In this document: piece after piece, positions 16,937-21,078 of the stretch | How the letters are laid out: every line of letters begins with the position of its first letter | How positions within the stretch are numbered: the first letter of the stretch is position 1 | Origin: a bacterium | GTDB taxonomy: Bacteria; DUMJ01 | Length of the DNA: 21,078 nt | NCBI GenBank assembly: GCA_049970495.1 | Contig: JBMFMV010000030.1 | Span: 1 to 21,078 of the forward strand | Direction: 5' to 3' | The notes under the pieces: generated by a model | What the model saw: only the letters and a program-made list of their open reading frames with translations | The model's database searches: none | What the model was told of the DNA's origin: nothing | Translations under genes and position numbers: made by a program

Positions 16937-18186
16937 GAAGGTTAATATGTCTTTTATTACTAATATTTTTACTGCCTTGGGTAGAGGTTATGGCTGATGT
17001 CCCAGTTATGGAAAAGGGGCTTCAACAGACAATTCAAAAATCCCCAAGTAATATACTTATAACAAATGTCTTTGTTGATACGGAACTTCGTCAAGCCCTT
17101 AGGGACATATCGGCTCAAGCTGGAGTCAACATTATTGCTGATAATACAATTCAGGGTTGGATAACTGCAGACCTTAAGAATGTTCCTCTAGAGAAAGCCC
17201 TAGAGATAGTACTAGCAGGTGGTGGGTATACATATAAGTGGATGGGAGATTATTACCTTGTTGGACTTCCAGATATAAAAAATGCTACTTTTAATAGTAT
17301 TACAACCACTGAACATATAAAGATAAAGTATCTTGATGCAAGGTCTGTTGCTGGATTATTGAGTGATTTCTATACCCCATACATAAAGGTTGACCCTTTA
17401 AATAACACAATAACTGTTACATCTTCAAAAGAGATAATAGAGAGGATTAAAAGAGATATCACTAATTTGGATAAACCTAGAAAACAGGTAATTATTGAAG
17501 GTGCGGTAGTAGAACTTTCAGAAAGCGGTGGACAGAGTCTAGAAGGAAGTTTTGGTATAAAATTTCCTATAGGAGAGCCAACCACAACAAATGGTACAGT
17601 AGGACTTGATTATTCTTATCTCGGTGGTATCGTTTTTAACCTTGATTCCGCTCAGAAGATACTTCTTAAGTTAAAAGCACTGGTAGAAGAAGGAAAAGCA
17701 AAGGTCAAGGCATCGCCAAAGATATCAACGTTAGATGGAAAAGAGGCATCCATAGAGCTAGGTAGAGAAGAATATGTGATAATAACTACAGGTACGGAGA
17801 CAACATTAACTAGGACCCTCCAGATGATAAAGGGTGGTATCATATTAAAGATCCTTCCTAGGGTTATTGAGTCAGAGAGCAATGAACCTAATGATATGTT
17901 TCTTACTATCTCAACAGAGGTAAGTGATATACAGATGGGAGTAGAGACTCCTACCGCATTAAGAAGAATAGTTTCTACTACAATTAGGATAAAGGATAAT
18001 CAGACAGTAGTTATTGGTGGTTTGAAGCAGGAGAATGAAAGGGAAGTTGTAGATAAAGTTCCTATCTTAGGTGATATTCCTATCCTGGGTAATTTGTTTT
18101 CCAATAAGAGAAAAACAAAGGAGACTAGCGATATAGTAATACTTCTTACCTGTAAAATAGTAAGTGACCTTGAATCTCCCAAATAA
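16933..18186 (+). CDS. Secretin (N0/STN-like + N3 + secretin core)
   Basis: LRQALRDISAQAGVNII...VPLEKALEIVL; LDKPRKQVIIEGAVVE; ASPKISTLDGKEA; IKDNQTVVIGGL; KVPILGDIPILGNLF secretin signature. Confidence 0.93.
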   Translation: MRRLICLLLLIFLLPWVEVMADVPVMEKGLQQTIQKSPSNILITNVFVDTELRQALRDISAQAGVNIIADNTIQGWITADLKNVPLEKALEIVLAGGGYTYKWMGDYYLVGLPDIKNATFNSITTTEHIKIKYLDARSVAGLLSDFYTPYIKVDPLNNTITVTSSKEIIERIKRDITNLDKPRKQVIIEGAVVELSESGGQSLEGSFGIKFPIGEPTTTNGTVGLDYSYLGGIVFNLDSAQKILLKLKALVEEGKAKVKASPKISTLDGKEASIELGREEYVIITTGTETTLTRTLQMIKGGIILKILPRVIESESNEPNDMFLTISTEVSDIQMGVETPTALRRIVSTTIRIKDNQTVVIGGLKQENEREVVDKVPILGDIPILGNLFSNKRKTKETSDIVILLTCKIVSDLESPK

Positions 18187-18195
18187 GGGGAAAAG

Positions 18196-19998
18196 ATGAG
18201 AAGGTTTTTAATAGTCTTTTTTATCTTTTTTTTCTTTCCTTTAGATGTAATGGCTGAAAGCTTAGTAAGTAATGTATTTGTAGATGTGGATATCAGGCAG
18301 GCGCTCCGAGATGTTTCAAGCCAAGCAGGTGTAGTAATCGTTGCTGATAATACAGTAGAAGGCTTTGTGTCTGCTGACTTGAAGGATGTTCCTTTGGAGA
18401 AAGCTTTGGATATACTTTTATCCCATTATGGATACGTATTCGCCAAGAAGGACGGATATTATCTGGTAGGCTCTCCGGATATAAAGAACTTTACTTTTAA
18501 TGGTTTATCAAAGACCATCTTCTATAGACCCAAGTATCTATCTATAGATGCGATGAAGCAGAGGATAAGCGATTCTTTTTCTCAGTTTATAAAGATTGAT
18601 AGCTCATCGAATATAATTTCTATAACTGCTCCAGACTCTATGGTAGATAATATAGTGACCAAGATTAAGGAGATAGATAAACCAGTACGCCTTATCTATG
18701 TAGATGTTCTCTATGCCAAAACCTCCTACAGTGATATAAGTAGATTATTACCCACAGAAGTAAAGGTAGAATGGAAATTAGATGAGGACTCTGGAGTTAG
18801 TGATACTGGCATGTACTTTACTGATTTAAAACTTGGATACTTTTACAATAATACTGCTAATATAGATCTTATTATGGAGATCCTAAAGAGTAAAGATAAT
18901 GCTATGCGGTCTGCTAGGTTTAAGTTCTTGGTCCTAGAAAGAGAAAGTTCTAGTCTTTCACTAGAGGAAAGGACTTATAGAAAGTTTGTGATAGAAAACT
19001 ATACTACAACAGTCTCTTTTTCTTCGAATATAGAGATGGGTATTCTAGCTGAGGTTATAGATAACAAAGTAATGCTTGAGTTAGAGCTATTGGCTAGTTA
19101 TATAGAAGGAGACCTGAAGAAATCTTTGGGCTCTACTAAGACAGTGGTGTCTCTAGATTCTAATAATGTAGCTATACTCGGTGGAGTAACTGATTATAGG
19201 GAATTATCTAAAAGATTTGGAGTTTTCAAACCATACATAGGTTCTGATGAATCGTCAAGGGATTCTTTTACCGTCTTTATGTATGCTCGAGAGATGCCTG
19301 AAGAATTAGTTAAGGGGGTACTGCCTGTTTTAGAAAGTAGTAGTTATAGTTTGACTAAGCTACCGGGAGTAAAAAGGGAAGATCCTAGGGGTTTAGTAAT
19401 TTCTGGTGGACCAATCACTGTAATTGATATTTCAACAAGTAACTTGAGTGGTACGACTGTAAACTCAGGGGTAGATTTAAACTGTAGTTTTCCAATAGAT
19501 AGTAGATGCAGGATCTTCCTAGATGGAATTTATATCCAAGATGGACTAAAGAGTTTAAGCTTGAGTTTTAACTATCGACTAATATCTGATATCATAACAG
19601 GTCTCTCCTATAGGCTAGCTAGAGATAAAAATCTATCTATAGATGCCTTAAATATATCCATAGAGGAGGAGACATATCCTTATTTAACTTTGTCTTTTAA
19701 AGGCAAGGTCTTTGGACTATTTATGAATGATAGTATTCAAGGTAAGTCTTATTCTGATATAGGCATAGATTTATCTGCTAGTTATAAGATATCAGATTAC
19801 ACTACTTTGAAACTAGAATATTTTAGAACTTTAGATATTACATTACTCTCTTCGGCTAGGATGGAATTAGAGTTTAAACCAAGTAAATCTTTATCTTTTG
19901 CTATAGGCTATGATTATAGAGATTCTAAATATTTCGATAATATTATAACCCCCTCTTATGGAAGGGGTGTGTATTTTAGAGTTGAGTATAAATTGTAA
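18196..19998 (+). CDS. Degenerate secretin-like protein fused to a C-terminal outer-membrane beta-barrel-like domain
   Basis: N0/N3 region closely similar to the upstream secretin. The core is eroded (IDKPVRLIYVDV, SNNVAILGG) and lacks the VPxLGxIPxLGxLF motif. The last ~200 aa are amphipathic strands ending GRGVYFRVEYKL. Confidence 0.7.
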   Translation: MRRFLIVFFIFFFFPLDVMAESLVSNVFVDVDIRQALRDVSSQAGVVIVADNTVEGFVSADLKDVPLEKALDILLSHYGYVFAKKDGYYLVGSPDIKNFTFNGLSKTIFYRPKYLSIDAMKQRISDSFSQFIKIDSSSNIISITAPDSMVDNIVTKIKEIDKPVRLIYVDVLYAKTSYSDISRLLPTEVKVEWKLDEDSGVSDTGMYFTDLKLGYFYNNTANIDLIMEILKSKDNAMRSARFKFLVLERESSSLSLEERTYRKFVIENYTTTVSFSSNIEMGILAEVIDNKVMLELELLASYIEGDLKKSLGSTKTVVSLDSNNVAILGGVTDYRELSKRFGVFKPYIGSDESSRDSFTVFMYAREMPEELVKGVLPVLESSSYSLTKLPGVKREDPRGLVISGGPITVIDISTSNLSGTTVNSGVDLNCSFPIDSRCRIFLDGIYIQDGLKSLSLSFNYRLISDIITGLSYRLARDKNLSIDALNISIEEETYPYLTLSFKGKVFGLFMNDSIQGKSYSDIGIDLSASYKISDYTTLKLEYFRTLDITLLSSARMELEFKPSKSLSFAIGYDYRDSKYFDNIITPSYGRGVYFRVEYKL

Positions 19999-20018
19999 AT
20001 TGTATTGTCGCTAAGAAT

Positions 20019-20048
20019 TTGACTTAGTTAATAGTATTAATATATAAT
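20019..20048 (+). promoter_or_regulatory. Sigma70-type promoter for the kinase gene
   Basis: TTGACT (20019-20024), 18 nt spacer, TATAAT (20043-20048). Confidence 0.65.
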
Positions 20049-20160
20049 TTAGATATTAAAGTATAGGGTCAATCCTATCTTTTCGGAGGAGGAAAATTGA
20101 AAATGTTTATAGGGTATAATCTATAGAGAGATTAGAAATCTCTCCAGTCAAGTTTTAGAT

Positions 20161-21078
20161 ATGATCTTAAATATAATGGACGCTAATAGCGGTTCTGTTA
20201 TGTTGTTGGATTCTATCGAAAAAGTCCTTAAGGTTAATAGTTATAGAGGCATTTCTCCTGAGGTGGAAGACATAAAGGAATCACTAGATGAAGGAATAGC
20301 TGGATATGCATTAAGGAATGGAGTGTCTCTTATACTTAATAACGGTGACATTCTTCTAGGACGTCCTCTCACAAGAAGTGATGTTGGTTCTTCCATTGTA
20401 TTACCAATTATAGATGGGGAGAATAAAATTGGGGTAATAAATATAAACCGTTCTCCTGGGAAAGAGGCATTTTCTATAGAAGATTTAGAAACAGCTACTA
20501 TCTTCAGTAGATACTTTGCTGCTTTTATGAAGGGTATTTTGACTTTTTACAGAAACTTACATGCTACTAAGCTAGCAAGAGCTCAATATAGGATAATACG
20601 GAATATGTCTAAATATAGAAGTATAACTTGTATGATGAAATATCTACTGCAGAGTCTGATAAAGTTTACTAGGGCATCATTTGGAGCTATAGGAATTTAT
20701 GAGGAAGATACTATTAGAGTAATCTATATCTTTCCTAAAGAATTTTCGCGAGATTTGAGAGGTGAAATAGATAATCTCTTTAGTATAGTCTTAAAAGATA
20801 AGGAAGAGATATCTGTTGAGAACTCTATAGCCTTTCCCCTTTTGTGCAAGGAAGATCTATTTGGAGCTATCTATCTGAGGTTTGATAATGGACTACTTGA
20901 ACCTGGGGAGATAAAGAAGTTGAAACTCCTACTCAGGGATGTAACTTTAATAATTAAGAATCTTTCAAATTACTTATCTGTAAAAAAGATAACAAGGCAG
21001 GAAGAGAGGGACAGAATAACTAACATACTTCATGATAGGATCTGTCAGGGTGTGACTGAAGGGATCTTGAGAATAGAG
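20161..21078 (+). CDS. GAF-GAF sensor histidine kinase, HisKA_3 type (partial, runs off window; start uncertain)
   Basis: Not in ORF track. Open frame from 20113 to the window end encodes SGSVMLLD...EGIAGYAL...SSIVLPI...IGVINI (GAF), a second GAF-like region, then QEERDRITNILHDRICQ (HisKA_3 H-box). No TM segments. Confidence 0.85.
   Translation, partial: MILNIMDANSGSVMLLDSIEKVLKVNSYRGISPEVEDIKESLDEGIAGYALRNGVSLILNNGDILLGRPLTRSDVGSSIVLPIIDGENKIGVININRSPGKEAFSIEDLETATIFSRYFAAFMKGILTFYRNLHATKLARAQYRIIRNMSKYRSITCMMKYLLQSLIKFTRASFGAIGIYEEDTIRVIYIFPKEFSRDLRGEIDNLFSIVLKDKEEISVENSIAFPLLCKEDLFGAIYLRFDNGLLEPGEIKKLKLLLRDVTLIIKNLSNYLSVKKITRQEERDRITNILHDRICQGVTEGILRIE

Noticed and set aside
12579..18182. 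Minus-strand ORFs inside the operon (12579, 13204, 15634, 15931, 16213, 17370, 17652, 18000)
   Set aside because: Antisense shadows of well-supported + strand genes, with no recognisable motifs.
16933..19998. Calling the locus a T2SS, type IV pilus or Tad system (gspD/pilQ/rcpA)
   Set aside because: No ATPase, platform protein, prepilin peptidase or class III (G/FxxxE) prepilins are present in the operon. Only the secretin family can be supported.
1..21078. CRISPR array, tRNA/rRNA, transposase or integrase
   Set aside because: No regularly spaced repeats, RNA gene signatures or mobile-element ORFs were seen.

Overview
AT-rich bacterial DNA, probably from a diderm organism because it encodes secretins and a beta-barrel; the taxon cannot be fixed from sequence alone. 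The left ~11 kb is a mixed accessory region. It holds the 5' end of a lipoprotein gene, a shattered multi-Ig-repeat pseudogene, an intact sdpR-sdpI-PLDc_N operon with its operator, and a YgiQ-family radical SAM pseudogene. It also holds a GH2/hypothetical/GH127-like glycosidase operon, an aldo/keto reductase behind a MerR-type promoter (followed by a flavodoxin relic), and a lysophospholipase-like hydrolase. The standout is the 8-gene + strand operon at 11342-19998. It encodes a two-domain pilin-like protein, two chaperone-like Ig proteins, two paralogous putative major subunits, and a protein carrying only the shared 'SGxCNKxTWxIxV' N-terminal segment fused to a DUF11-like domain. It ends with one canonical secretin and a second degenerate secretin fused to a C-terminal beta-barrel. 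The operon has no usher, ATPase, prepilin peptidase, platform protein or sortase. I infer a donor-strand/chaperone-type fibre exported through a secretin channel. Tandem NarL/LuxR-type palindromes lie upstream and a GAF-GAF-HisKA_3 kinase gene begins downstream.
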